64,000 nucleotides of DNA from Geosiphon pyriformis uo1 (Eukaryota > Fungi > Glomeromycota): NCBI GenBank assembly GCA_016748015.1, contig JAAOMT010000672.1, positions 381,094-445,093 of the forward strand, read 5' to 3'. The translations under genes were made by a program, and so were the position numbers. Under the pieces are notes generated by a model. It had not been told where the DNA came from. It was given only the letters and a program-made list of their open reading frames with translations, and searched no databases. Numbering within the stretch: the stretch's first letter is position 1; each line of letters opens with the position of its first letter. Shown here piece after piece: positions 1 to 12,419 of the stretch.

Positions 1-3000
1 TGCCATGCTTGATTGAATAACCCAAGAACTAGTACTCAGTCAGAATAGTCAACACATGTGAGTACCAGCAACATGTGATCACTTTAAAGCTACCAATACC
101 ACAGCATTCCTAATTGACCTCGAAGAAAAAAAACCAAAACCTACCTGGGAAGCATATCAAGTCTTGTGGACCAACAAAGAACACAATGAGCTGCCGCCAA
201 TATTTTCATGGGACGACAACAGCAAAGGAAAACAAAAAAAAACAGAATCTACTTAGAACACAGACCAAGCCTGAGACACCAACCATAACTTAAAAGAATC
301 ACCCAGTTGGGAATGGAATAAAAGAGAAAAAGGGAAAGAAAAGGTGAAGGAAAAAGGGCCACTACCAACTGCCAGTTACACTTCTTATACATATACACCA
401 CCACAATTATTGAACTATTGCTGACCAAAGCTTATATGCATTAATTGTGGTAAAAAATTGTTGTCAATGGGCGCATGCTGTGGCGATAATAAGGAATACC
501 AGATGGCAACTAAGTTTTATTGCCACACATGCCTCGTCAAATACTTTGGAAGACCAAAACAAGTGGGAAAATGGGATAATACACCATGTTTAGCTTGTGC
601 GGAAACTTTTCTTGATGAAAGAATGTGGAACAACATTCCTGGGAGAGGAGAAATGTGTGATGAAACCTGCCAGTATACAATACTAATTAATGATTATGTA
701 CACAAGGGAACACCAATCGACAATGCCTGAAAACGAGCATTATGACAATTAGAAGGATATTCACATGACAAACATGAACTCTGGAGAATGGTAAGTGCGA
801 AGACAGAAGATGTAACAACCAGTGAACTACTAGAAATCAAAAACAACCCCTTATCTCTGCCTGAATCTGAATACGTCCTAACATTTGATGTATTCGGCAA
901 CATTGAAAATGATTTAGAAGAATTTTACAAGCACTATCAATAATTGGCATCTACTCAAGAAGAACAAGAACAACAGTTGGAAAAAATAAACACTCAACTA
1001 TGTGACTACTGTTTGATTCCATGTGACTTCCAATATTGTAATGAGTGTGACCTTATTTACAATCTGCCATCACACATGATCTACACAATCCCAGAGAAAG
1101 AGGAACCAATTAGCAGTTGTGCATCAGAATTGGAATCAATTTTTAATTCCAATTCAAACTTTGACAATAATGATAACAAAAACACCAGTTCCAGTTCCAT
1201 CCAATATGGCAATAACAATGACAATGATTCCAACTCAGATTTAAACCCCAATTTAGATTATGAACAATATATTGCGCTCTTTGACCTTGCCAAGGAGCAG
1301 GAACTTAAATGGTTCAATAATAATAATGAAGGTATTATGCCAGAACACACGCATGATACCAATGCCAAATTTGATCTGAGGTATCCAGGAAAAGATGCTA
1401 TCCAATTAGAATCATATTTATGCACCTGTATTGATTTGAAAATAGCACTGGAAATTCTGGCAACAACAATGGTTCAATTAGCATCTAAAAGTAGTCTAAT
1501 GAAAAGAGAGATAAATATCAGAGGGGGAATAATTGACGCGGGATATGTAAGAAATATCATCGCCATGCTACAAAATAACTCAGAAAAGGCCTATATTATA
1601 GAGCCAAACAAAAAGATAGCACAAGCAATTTTCTTGCCTCTGGTTAAAGTAGCTCAATTAGTATTAGTAGGAAACAGAGAAGAACTAGGGATAACAGCAA
1701 GAGGAATACAGGGATTTGGATCCACAGGTAGAATAGATGTACTAGTCAATATGGTGGAGAAAAAAATTATTGGTCAAGGAGAAATTATCTCAACCAGTTA
1801 AACAATTTCTATTCCACCATATAGCTGATACATGTTAGCAATAGAAAGGAAAAAGAAGGAGCAAGAACAGATTTTTGAAGCAGAAGCAACTCTTTGTGAA
1901 TCAGAAGAAATTGGACTTATCAATCTACACATACCAGCCAAGAGCCATAACCATATCAAAATTTCCATCTACAACAACACTGGAAATATTGTAGAAATAC
2001 CAAAAGGAACTACTCTTGGATATTTAACCATGGAAATTAAAGATCAAGCACCAAGCAGCATTCCAGATTTTTTACAGCTTTGTGAATATATGGACATTAT
2101 ATTACAAACTATTTACAGATGAAACAAATGTTATCTATTACAGCCAGAACAATTGGAACAGATGAACATGGGAAATTTAGACCCACTTTAACAAATACAA
2201 CTAAAAATGTTACTCAATAATTTCAATGACATCTTTGCCAGTGAAAATGAATTTGGCAGAACTAATATTATCCAGCATCAGATCAAAACTGGAGATGCAA
2301 TGCCAATCAAACAGTGAACATACAGAGTACCACCAGCCAGCCATGAAATCATCTGTTAAGAGATCAACCGAATGCTTGACAATGGGTTAATTCAGTCATC
2401 AATGAGCCCATGGTCATTACCAATAGTACTTATCCATAAGAAGAATAGAAAAATCCAATTTTGTGTAGACTACAGGAAACTCAATGGTGTAACTCATAGA
2501 AACAGCTATCCAACTCCATGGATACAAGAACTATTCGACACTTTTAGTGGAAACAAATGGTTTTCAATGTTAGACTTGAATAGTGGGTACTGGCAAGTAG
2601 CCATGAATTCAGCCAACAAAAAAAAATAGCATTCACCACAAGAGGGGGAAACTTTGAGTTTGAAGTTATGCTATTTGGCTTAACCAATGCTCCAGCTACA
2701 TTCCAATGGCTAATGGAAATTGTGTATACTGACTTATTGTGGAAATCAGTAGTTGTATACTTGGATGACACCAATGTGTTCTCAAAAATATTTGATGATC
2801 ATTTATGTTATCTCCAACAAGTGTTTAAAAGACTATGATGAGCAGGATTAAAATTGAATGCAACAAAGTGTTTTTTTGGCAAAACAAAACTAAAATTCTT
2901 GGAACATATAGTTAGCAAAGATAGCATATAAACAGATCCAGAAAAAATAGAGATAGTAAAGAACTTTCCAATACCAACCAATGTAACCGAGCTAAAATCA

Positions 3001-5008
3001 TTCTTGGAATTCATGAGCTATTATAGATGCTTCATAAAAAACTTTTCAAAGATAGCACAACCATTCAATAATCTTCAAACCAAAAATGCAAAGTATGAAT
3101 GGACTGAAACCCAGCAAGAAACATTTGACATCTTAAGAAAAAAGCTTATTTAAGCTCCAGTATTGATCTATCCAGATCATAGTAAACCATTCATTATTAC
3201 TACTGATGCATTAGATCAAGCATTGGAAGCAGTACTATCTCAGAAAGAATTAGATGGAAGAGAACATCCAGTCACATATGCCAGCCGAGGTTTGACTCCA
3301 GCCAAAAAAAACTATGGAACACCAGAATTAAAATATTTAGCAATCTATTGGGCAGTTATAAAATAGAAAGAATACTTGAGCCAAAAGTTTGAGGTGTACA
3401 CAGATCACAAAGAATTGACATCACTCTAAAAACAAAAATTTGGAGATGGAAGACAGTCAAGATGGAAAATGGCTCTTTCGACATACACTTATATTATACA
3501 TTATAAAAAGAGAAAAAACAACGGAAATGCTGACAGTTTGTTGCGAATGAGACAAATCTAAGAACATTTCAACCAAAAAAAAATATAACAAAACCAAAAC
3601 AATACTCATGAAAATACAACAAAAGATGAACACACAAAAATATCAACAACTTCAACATTATATAAATACTCAATAGTTCAAGGAGAAATTATCTTAACTG
3701 AAACAAAAAAGAATCAAACAACAATCCAAATATTTTATCACTCACCAAAATATACTTTATCAGAAAAATAGAAAAGATTCAGATCAACCAACCAGAGTAA
3801 TTACAGAACCAGAAAAAAAGACAATACTGTTCAACATGCATTCAGATCCAACTGCAGGACATTTTTATAAAGAAGCAACCATAAAAAGAACCAGAAAGAA
3901 ATACTATTGGCCATTAATATATCTAGACATCATCCAATATGTGCAAAATTGTAATGCTTGTCAAAGAAAAGGAGGAACAAGATCCAGTGAACCATTAAAA
4001 CCAATCAAAGTGGGACAACTATTTGACTGTATTGGAATCAATTTAGTTAGATCATTGACAATTACCAGCAGAGGCAACAGATATATTGCAGTAGTCATGG
4101 ACTATCTTACTAAATGGCCAGAAGCCAAAGCAATTCAAAAAACAGATGCAGAATCTGTTGCCGAATTTGTTCATTAAGATCTGATTTGTTGACATGGATG
4201 TCCAAAAGAATTATTATCAGACCAAGGAACTCATTTTGTGAATAGAACATTAGCAGAACTAAGCCAAAAATTCGGAATTAAGAGACCACTATCATCACCA
4301 TATTATCCACAAACCAATAGATTAGTTAAAAGATTTAATAGAATATTGTGTAAAGCAATAGCAAAACTCAGCCAAGAAAACCAGGATGAATGGGATTTGT
4401 TTATACCATCAGTATTATTTGCTTATTAGACAATGAAGCAAGACACCACACAAGCAACACCATTTGAATTGATATACAATAGAACAGCAATATTACCAGT
4501 TGAGATAAAAGTTAACACATATCCAACTGAACCAATAACAGAAGAAAATTTCCAAAAAACACTATTAAGAAGAACATATGACTTAATAAAAACATTGGAA
4601 AACAAATGAAGAAGAGCAGCTGATAATATACAAAAGTCACAAGAGAAACAGAAAAAAAGACATGATAATCAACTATCAAACAAACCAGTTGAATTCAAGA
4701 TTGGAGACAAAGTACTCTTATATCATACCAAAGCAGAAAAACAATGGAGTGAAAAATTCGACCCCAAATGAGATGGACCATTTCACATAGAAGAAATTCT
4801 AGAGAATAGAGCTTACAAATTAAAACTGGATAACAAAATCTTAACCAAAACAGCACATGGAGATTGACTGAAACCATACTACAACATCACACTACCATCC
4901 ACCAGTAATATTCTACAATTAAGAGTACAGAGAATACTAGTCCAACCAGAAGAGATTCCACAAGATTTGGAACCAATCATTATCATTAACAACAACACAT
5001 TAAATTAA
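1..5008 (+). pseudogene. Gypsy pol pseudogene with many transition-derived stops and frameshifts
   Basis: ORF fragments 458-730, 944-1801, 1832-2122, 2372-2629, 3163-3366, 3836-4177 and 4238-4429 are pieces of one polyprotein. Stops fall at inferred CAA/CGA/TGG codons; there is a -1 frameshift in the A-run at ~2618-2626. Confidence 0.92.
1300..1740 (+). pseudogene. dUTPase domain within Gypsy pol
   Basis: All five trimeric dUTPase motifs are recognisable despite G->A erosion: A(K)FDL, AS(K)SSL, GGIIDAGY, KIAQAIF, RGIQGFGSTG. Confidence 0.9.
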
Positions 5009-5061
5009 TTCATCAAAAGAATATATAAAGACATAGTAGACGTGACAAGAAATATCAAAAT

Positions 5062-5681
5062 ATGGAAATTACAGACAACATCTACTCACTAACACAACAA
5101 CTCTTTTAATTGATTCAACACCAAGAGATAAAAATTACAATTAATCAACAAACCATCTGATATCAAGGCACTAAAAAGACATCACCACATAGAAAACAGA
5201 AAATACCATTGACAAAATCATTGCGAAAGTAAAATTAGCAATAAAAAAGTCAACAAAAGAGTCACTATATTAAAAGTTGACTAAAGAAACTTGGAATTGG
5301 TGGATACAACAATTTCCAAGAAACTATTGTTATTTTTACTTGGAACAACACATGAATATCCAGAATCTATATATAAATAAAACAAAGCGATTATTCGACA
5401 CAAGAATACTACAACAATTAGAACATTTTGTGGGAAAGAACAACTTATCCACATAGGCCCAAGCCATATACCAAATACACACAGCATTTCAGGATCAACC
5501 AGAAATCTTACTCAACAAAGCAATAGATACAGTTACCAGTAATCAATTAGGAAAGATCACCAACACTCAATTTGAAGAATTACAGACTCAAATAACACAA
5601 GTAATTCTTAAAAATAAAATTCAGAAAATACTTCAAGAAGGGGAATTAACAGAGTTAGATTTCAATAGAGCTCAATATTAA
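5062..5681 (+). pseudogene. ORF3 of the Gypsy element (~200 codons, unknown function, between integrase and PPT)
   Basis: ATG at 5062 (MEITDNIYSLTQQLF), one frameshift, then ...WNWWIQQFPRNYCYFYLEQH...AQAIYQIHTAFQDQPEILL...DFNRAQY*. The stop overlaps the PPT. A homologous remnant lies in the second element (~12385-11730, minus). Confidence 0.7.
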
Positions 5682-5694
5682 AAGGAGGGAATAA
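5680..5694 (+). other. Polypurine tract
   Basis: aaaaggagggaataa immediately 5' of TGTTA at 5695. Confidence 0.85.
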
Positions 5695-6133
5695 TGTTAT
5701 TTATAGAAATATAGGGAATATATATTAGCATAGTTATTAACCAATCAGAAGTAGATGTAGTAAAATGTAGAATTCTAAGATTTTTCTCAGAAATTGTAAG
5801 ATTCTAGGGATTACAGGATTTTTACAAAGAATGGCAGGATTCCAGAATTCCAGGATTCCAGGAATCTCAGGATTCCTGTTGTAAAAAATTGAGGAATTGA
5901 GGAATCTCAATTATGTATATATAGCAGTAGGATTAAAAGCTAAAAAAACAGACCTCTTAGTTTAGATTTTTCTGGACAACTTTCCAAACCACAAATAAAT
6001 AACTGTTTGTTATCTCAAACCTGCTGCCACTATCAACACTTCATGTTGATAGTAATTGATACTTAACTACATTGGAACAATAGCTCTTGATTACGGCTAT
6101 TGACAGAATACTAACTTGTAAATTGCCTTGGCT

Positions 6134-6189
<56 letters not shown>

Positions 6190-6565
6190 TTTTTTTTTTT
6201 TGCTTTGATTTTATTGTTGTTTACTAACTCTATTAAGGATTAATGCACAGAATACTGATGTCAGGATAAATGTGACTGGTAAAAGACTCAGAAATAAGGG
6301 TAGAACACTCAATTGAGAATAGCTTACCAGAAAAAATACCAGCCATCAAGCTAAGAAAAAAATTGACAAAACTGCGGTTTTAGAAAGCTATGGATAAAAC
6401 TATTACCATTGAATCTCTGTCCATTATACAAAAAACTCAACCAAACTCTTTGAATACAGACTTTTTAGACACAAACCTTTAGATTATTATCAATTGCAAC
6501 TAGATTTGAGCACCAAGTTATGGGTTTGTTATTTAATCCAATACCAGAAATAGTCACCTATAATA
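5695..6565 (+). repeat. 3' LTR (~870 bp) of Gypsy element 1
   Basis: Starts TGTTA after the PPT and ends TAATA (eroded TAACA). Aligns by eye with the reverse complement of the LTRs at 10942-11715 and 16455-18278. Contains ~9-bp caggattcc repeats, a TATA-like tatatata (~5916) and a poly-T tract. Confidence 0.85.
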
Positions 6566-9500
6566 TCACATGTCCTACAGAACCAGCCAGAGCTTTTGGT
6601 CATTTTCTAAAGTATCTTCAACCACTGAACCAATTGCGAAAATAGGAAACTGAGTTGTTGTACTCTTTAAAACTGAGAAATTGTCCCCATGAAAGACATC
6701 AAAAGCACTACATGCCAAGGAGATCCTGTTAGAAAAAATCTTAAAAAAAATCTTACAAGCCATTTCAATCAAAGCAATAGGACAAGTATTGGTCAAAACA
6801 CCCTCTCACTCATATGGTTTGGGAATCATTGAGACCCAGGCCTCTTTTTAAGAACCAGACACCAATTCATCAAACAGACAAAAGTTCAAAATCATCAAAA
6901 GCATATTCAGAACAGACCTATTGCAATGTTTTCAAAGTTCATTTGAGATACCAGACAAGCCAGCAGCTTTGCCATCAGGCAAATCAGAAATCACCCCAAA
7001 GAGTTCATCAAAACCAATCGGGCATATTATACCAGAAAAAACTTCATCAAAAACGTATTCCAAAGATTGATATTGATGGTGCCAATCAATTGATATATTA
7101 TCAGCCACATGACACTTCCTGGTCCATCCCTCTATGATTACATCCACCTTAGACTTAACCAAATCAGGTTCCAAAATCAAATCATCATTAATCATCAGAT
7201 AGTTTAGCACCACTTTACAAAATGGATGCTCCAGTACACTCCTGATTGTATGACCCTTGTTGATCTCAAAGCTCTTCATCCTCTTATCAATGGCAAATCT
7301 GATGTTTGTTTCCTTAGCTCTTAGAGATTCAGTAAGTTTGGAAGCACGGTAAGACTTCCTAGTACCAAAAAAAGCAAAATGAATACGATTAAAACCAGCA
7401 CCAGAATTTACCAGATTTTGAACAACAGAAGACTTGACATCATTCACAGAATTCCAGCATTCCATAAGATAAACAAAGTTCTCAGCATTTTCCCCACGTA
7501 AAGTCTTAACAATTCTAGAAACCAAAAGCTCTAATTTATGAAATTTTGAAGAATCTTTGGTAAAAACTTCATCAAACTCTTTGAACCATCTTTTTTTGAA
7601 AATTTTGTTAACTGAAAAAGTCATAACTTTGTGTACAACACACCACATAGCATTCAAATCCAAAAATCTCACAGACACAGCAAATTCACCCAAGAACAAT
7701 ATAGCATTGACCAGCGTAGAACATTTAAAATTGTTTTATTTAATCTTATCAGCATCCTTAAAATTGAACTTCCATTGATTTTTATTGGTCTGTTTGTGAA
7801 GAAAGTTTAATCTTGTATCTAAAAGGCCACCCAAACCCAAAGACACAGAAACAGCTTTGTGATCTGTATCAAAATGTTCACTGACAATGAAAACATCATG
7901 CTGTATTATCGCATTTACCAGATTTGAGGAAACAAACACATAATCAATTGTCTTTACAATACCTCGAAAATTGCTTCAAGTTGGCGCTTTAGCAAAAGAG
8001 CTCCCACCCAAAAAATTAATCAAACCCAAATCATGGCATTTTTTAAAACTAACATACTTATGAGAACCATCTTCATTGAAATCACCACCAAGAATGACAA
8101 AAGAAGATTCATTCATGGCCTTTACAATCAAGGAATTGATCTCATCAGCCTGGGAAAATTGAGTAGCCAAGAAGGCACCAGCATACAGCCCCAGAATCGA
8201 AACCAAAAGTTTATTCTTGAAAAGTAACCTAATGCAGAGAAAATAACCTAAGACCTTAGAAATCTTATATACATGCTTAGCCAAGGATCTGTTCATAACA
8301 ATTGCAACACCAGCATTTATATAACCAGAGTCCAAGCCAGAAGAAAACATGTAAACATCATCAAATTTGTCAACCAACCAAGAGTGAGCCTTATTTTTTA
8401 ACTTTGTTTTTGTGAAAATCAAAACCAAATTGTCCATATCTTTATGCCATCAAACAATATCTTTCTGTTTGGCAGAATTGTTCATGCCTCTGACATTACA
8501 CGTAGCCACTTTTCACACCAAACTACTTATTGAAATTGAAGGGGAGCTGAAGAACCTGCACCAGAACACAGACGATCCAACCTTTCCAAAACCGAATTGA
8601 TTGAGACCTCAAAAGCTACCATTTTTGATTCCAATCTGCCCACTTTGGAGGTCAAAACTTTGGAAAAACTTAAGCTAGAATCATAAACCACATCATCAAC
8701 AGCTGAGAGAGGAGGAGCAGAAGCCAATGACATATTATCCACAGCCATATCCACATCCAAATACAGCGCCAAAAAGGAGGAAGTGGCCAGAAGAGGAACA
8801 CTAAAAGGAGTTGCCATCAGTACCAGTCCCATGCCACTCAACTTTTTTAATATACTAGACACCCAATTTGTTAAGAGCTCTAAGGAGTGTTCTAAAGTGG
8901 CCAGATGAGCATTCAAAGAAGAGTTGTTATCTGAAATAAGAAGGGAGTCAATATTAGAACCTAAAGCACCAGAAAGAGAAAGGCTAGAACTGGAACCAGA
9001 ACTGAAACAAGAACCATCAGAAAAACCAGCAAGTAAGACCACTTGGACCCAAGATTTGCCATCAAAAGCAATGGGCGAGATATTAGAACACTTTTCTTTT
9101 CATACAACTTTGCCAACTGAAGACAACATCCATCAGATGCAATCCTTTTAAATGTTTTTGGAGGTGCAAATGGGGATGCAACAAGTGCATTACATTTCAG
9201 AGCAGAATGATCAAACTTCCTGCATTTTTCACACCAAACCAGATCCATCCTTGTCCAAGAGAGTTTAATTCCACCAAAAATTGGCTCTGTACAAAAGGTG
9301 GATTCCAGATTATTATCAGATTTAAAACCAACTACAGCACAATGAATCCTATTACCAGTTTCCAGAAATCTGTTTATGATGCAAGTTTTTCTACCAGTCT
9401 TTTCCAAAAGAGTCCCAAGATTATGTGCCGTTGTTCCCACTGGCAAAGTAAACAAAAGTGTCTTGAACTGATCTTTTGATGCCCAAGTGTCACAATTTTC

Positions 9501-10530
9501 TACTGTTTTGACTATACGCACAGAATCCTAACCAATCAGAAATAACTGCTTAGAGGCTAACAAATTAGCTTGGCTTAATTCAACAAACTTTACCACAGCT
9601 TTTTGCCACATCTCAATCAGTTGAATTTTGATCAACTTAATTTCCCCAAATTCAGATACTGCAGCAACAATCATATCTTTAGGTGTGTTCATGGGAATTT
9701 TCTTAATCACCACAGCCCAATCTGATCTCATTCCTTGTCTCTTAAAATCACTGTTTATGTTGATCTCTTTTTCTCTGGCCAATGATGTGGCCATTTCCAT
9801 GCTTTTTTTAGAGGTAAACATTGATCAGATAATCCCTTTAAATTTTGAGGGAATAGTGACCCCCCCCAAACTATTGACTGTTAAAAAAATTTTCTTGATG
9901 AACTGAGTTTTTGCTGTAGCAGATTTGCCCTCTACTGCCAAAAGATTAATATTCAAAGTAAATGACTTTCTAACAGAAACTTCCACAGGGGTTTTCATAA
10001 TTTTAGGATCTATCTATTTTTTTTCCAAAAATATACCAAAAGGGGGTGGGAGGAGTTTCACTTCTTTTTCCATTTCATAATTGGGAGAGCCAAGAAAAGA
10101 TCCAAAGACTATGCTGGAATTCACTCTTTTCATTTTAGAAGTAATAGCTGCTGGGCCTAAAAGTAATTCACTGTTGATACCTTTTATGACTGTATTGTTT
10201 TCACCACAACTCAATTTACTATCCATGTCTGAGTACATACCACCAGAACCAAGTTTGACAAGAGAAATGTCCTTTTTATTACCTAAATGTTTAACATTAC
10301 CAAGAACTACTTTCTTTTTTTGGAAAAAAGACCCATTAGCAAGACCATAAAGAGTACTCTTAAGTGCTTTCTTTTTAGACATATCACTGCTAGAAGCAGC
10401 CTTTAAATCCACGACAAAGGGGTTATTAGTTAAAAAAATGTTGATATAAACTTAACAAGAAAAACTAAAAAACTTTTTTTTCAAAAAATGCACTCTTTAA
10501 GGATTATTTAGAGATAAAAGAGAAAGAACT
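6566..10530 (-). mobile_element. Non-LTR retrotransposon (APE-type LINE), degenerate, interrupted in RT by the Gypsy insertion
   Basis: ORF1 ~10412->8527 has an RRM-like region and zinc knuckle CEKCRKFDHSALKC. ORF2 from ~8520 has APE motifs ATCNVRG, ILGGDFN, IDY.FVS and TDHKAV, then RT motifs KAAGLSGISNEL, TCPIALIE and LWLVL*DM, cut at 6566. Confidence 0.92.
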
Positions 10531-10535
10531 TTTTA

Positions 10536-10800
10536 CTAAAATAATTTATAATTTACAGAATAACTTGTAGTTTGACAAAATATATCTTTAATTTACTGAA
10601 ATATTAAAAAAAAAAAGTGTTAAATTATAAAATAATACTATAACAAATTGTATAAAAAAAAATTTTCTTTTTAAATAATATATTTTAATTAAAATAAATT
10701 TTTATTTAAGCTTATAAAATTTTTTTATAAATTAATTCAAATAAAATTCATGTTAGAAAACATAAATTTTTTAATTATTTCTTTAAAATTTACTCTTTTA
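10536..10800 (+). repeat. Dispersed non-coding AT-rich repeat, copy A (probable DNA-transposon terminal region)
   Basis: The block aataacttgtagtttgacaaaatatat...ataaaataatactataacaaattgtataaaaaaa recurs at ~20220-20340 (+), ~12950-12820 (-) and partly at ~55975-56040 (+). Confidence 0.6.
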
Positions 10801-10941
10801 TATTAATATTTTGAAATTTATTAGTTATTAATTTAGTAATTGTTAATAATTTTTAGGTCTAAATCTAAAATATTTTTTTAAATATTTTTTTTTTTTATTT
10901 TTAGTTTAATTTTTTTTTTATTTTTTTATATTATTAAGTAG

Positions 10942-11715
10942 TATTACAAATAATTATTTAGATATTAGAATAAATAACAAATCTGTAACTTGGTGTTCTC
11001 TATCTAACTATAATGTTAATTTTTGAAAGTTTTTGAGATTTGAAGATTTTGGTTAAATTTTTTATATAATAGACAGAGAACTATTTAATAATAGTTTTCT
11101 GAATTTTTTTCTTTAGTATAAATATTGGTTTAATCTGGCAGTTATGTCTTTTTGGTATGTTATTTTTAAGTTTTTACTCTTGTTTTATGAGTTTTTTACC
11201 AGGCTATTTTTAACATTAATATTTTAGTGTTTAATTTTTTAATTAATTAGTAAACAACAAAGGAAAAAAATAAAAATAAAATAAAAAAAAATAAAATTAG
11301 TATTTTATTAATAATTATAATTAAAAACTATTGTTTTAATATAATTAAATAGTAAATATTATTAATATAAATCACTAATTAAGTTGGAAAATAGTAATAT
11401 TAATCTAATAATATGAATAATATAAATTGGATAATAAAATAATAAATTTATTTAATATTTAGATAATTTTACTTTAAGATATAGAAAACTAATTTTTAAA
11501 GAGAAAAGTATTTAATTACTTGTTTGTTTTAACTTGTTTTAGGTTTTTTTTTACTTTTAATATTCTTGTTATATATTTATATTTCTTATTATATAAAATT
11601 TTTTTCAATTTTTTCAATTTTTTAAGAGAAATTCTGAAAATTCTTATTCTATTATGTCTATTTCTTATTGGCTGTTTTTTCTAGCTATAATAATTTTTTT
11701 TTTCTATAAGTAATA
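10942..11715 (-). repeat. 3' LTR of Gypsy element 2
   Basis: Direct repeat of 16455-16702 plus 17712-18278. Ends TATTA...TAATA (eroded TGTTA...TAACA), adjacent to the eroded PPT. Confidence 0.85.
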
Positions 11716-12419
11716 TTATTTTTTCTTTTTAATATTAAGTTCTATTAAAATCTTTTCCAATTTCCAATTTTTTTTCTTAAATTAATTTCATTACTTTTTT
11801 TTTCAAGATTATTTGGATAATTTTGGTCTGTAATTTTTCGAATTGGGCATTGATAATCTTTTTTAATTAGTTAATAGTTACAATATTTATTATTAGTATA
11901 ATAATATTTTTAAAAAGTCTTAAAATTTTGTTTGTAATTGGTATATTACTCTTATCTGTATAGATAAATTGTTCTTTTTCACAAATTGTTTTATTTGTTA
12001 TAATATTAAGTATTAAACATCTGTTTTGTTTTATTTATATATAAATTCTGAATATTTAGCTTTTGTTCTAAATAATAATAATAAAAGTTTTAGGAAATTT
12101 TTGTGTTTATTATTTTTAATTTTTTCTAATTAATTTACTATATAATACTATTGTTTTTGGTAGTTCTAATGACATCTTTATTTTTGCTACTATATTATTT
12201 ACTATGTTTTTAGGTTTTAAGTATGTTTAAAATTATAAATTGTTTTAAAGTTTCTTTTTTTTTCTGTGTTTTTATATTGAATTGTTCATTGGTTAATTGT
12301 AATTTCTATGTCTAATTTTTAATGCTTAATAAGTTGGAATAATTGTTGTGCCAATAAGTAAATATTGTTAGTGATTTTTATTTTTTTGTTGTTTTTGTTA
12401 CATATACTGGTTTTTTATA

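Larger units (their letters stand above)
1..6565 (+). mobile_element. Ty3/Gypsy LTR retrotransposon (degenerate; 5' part lies outside the window): Cys-rich region, dUTPase, RT, RNase H, integrase, ORF3, PPT, 3' LTR
   Basis: Domain order RT-RH-INT. RT motifs SPWSLPIVLIHKK, FCVDYRKLN, LDLNSGYWQV and YLDD (~2758); RH IITTDA..AVLSQ..HPVTYASR; integrase HSDPTAGH..CNAC, VVMDYLTKWPE, SDQGTHF and GPF. PPT followed by a TGTTA-initiated LTR. Confidence 0.95.

Noticed and set aside
6136-6201. Poly-T as the poly(A) tail of the minus-strand LINE
   Set aside because: It lies inside the Gypsy LTR and a T-rich tract is present at the same place in the other LTRs; the LINE is cut at 6566.
6238-6565. Protein-coding ORF inside the LTR running through the PBS into gag
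   Set aside because: The LTRs of element 2 could be read in frame with gag after reverting stops, but the homologous segments in LTR 1 fall in three different frames, so coding is not supported.
6814-10350. Plus-strand ORFs over the LINE, and minus-strand ORFs over 20354-22213
   Set aside because: Antisense shadows of TE coding frames.
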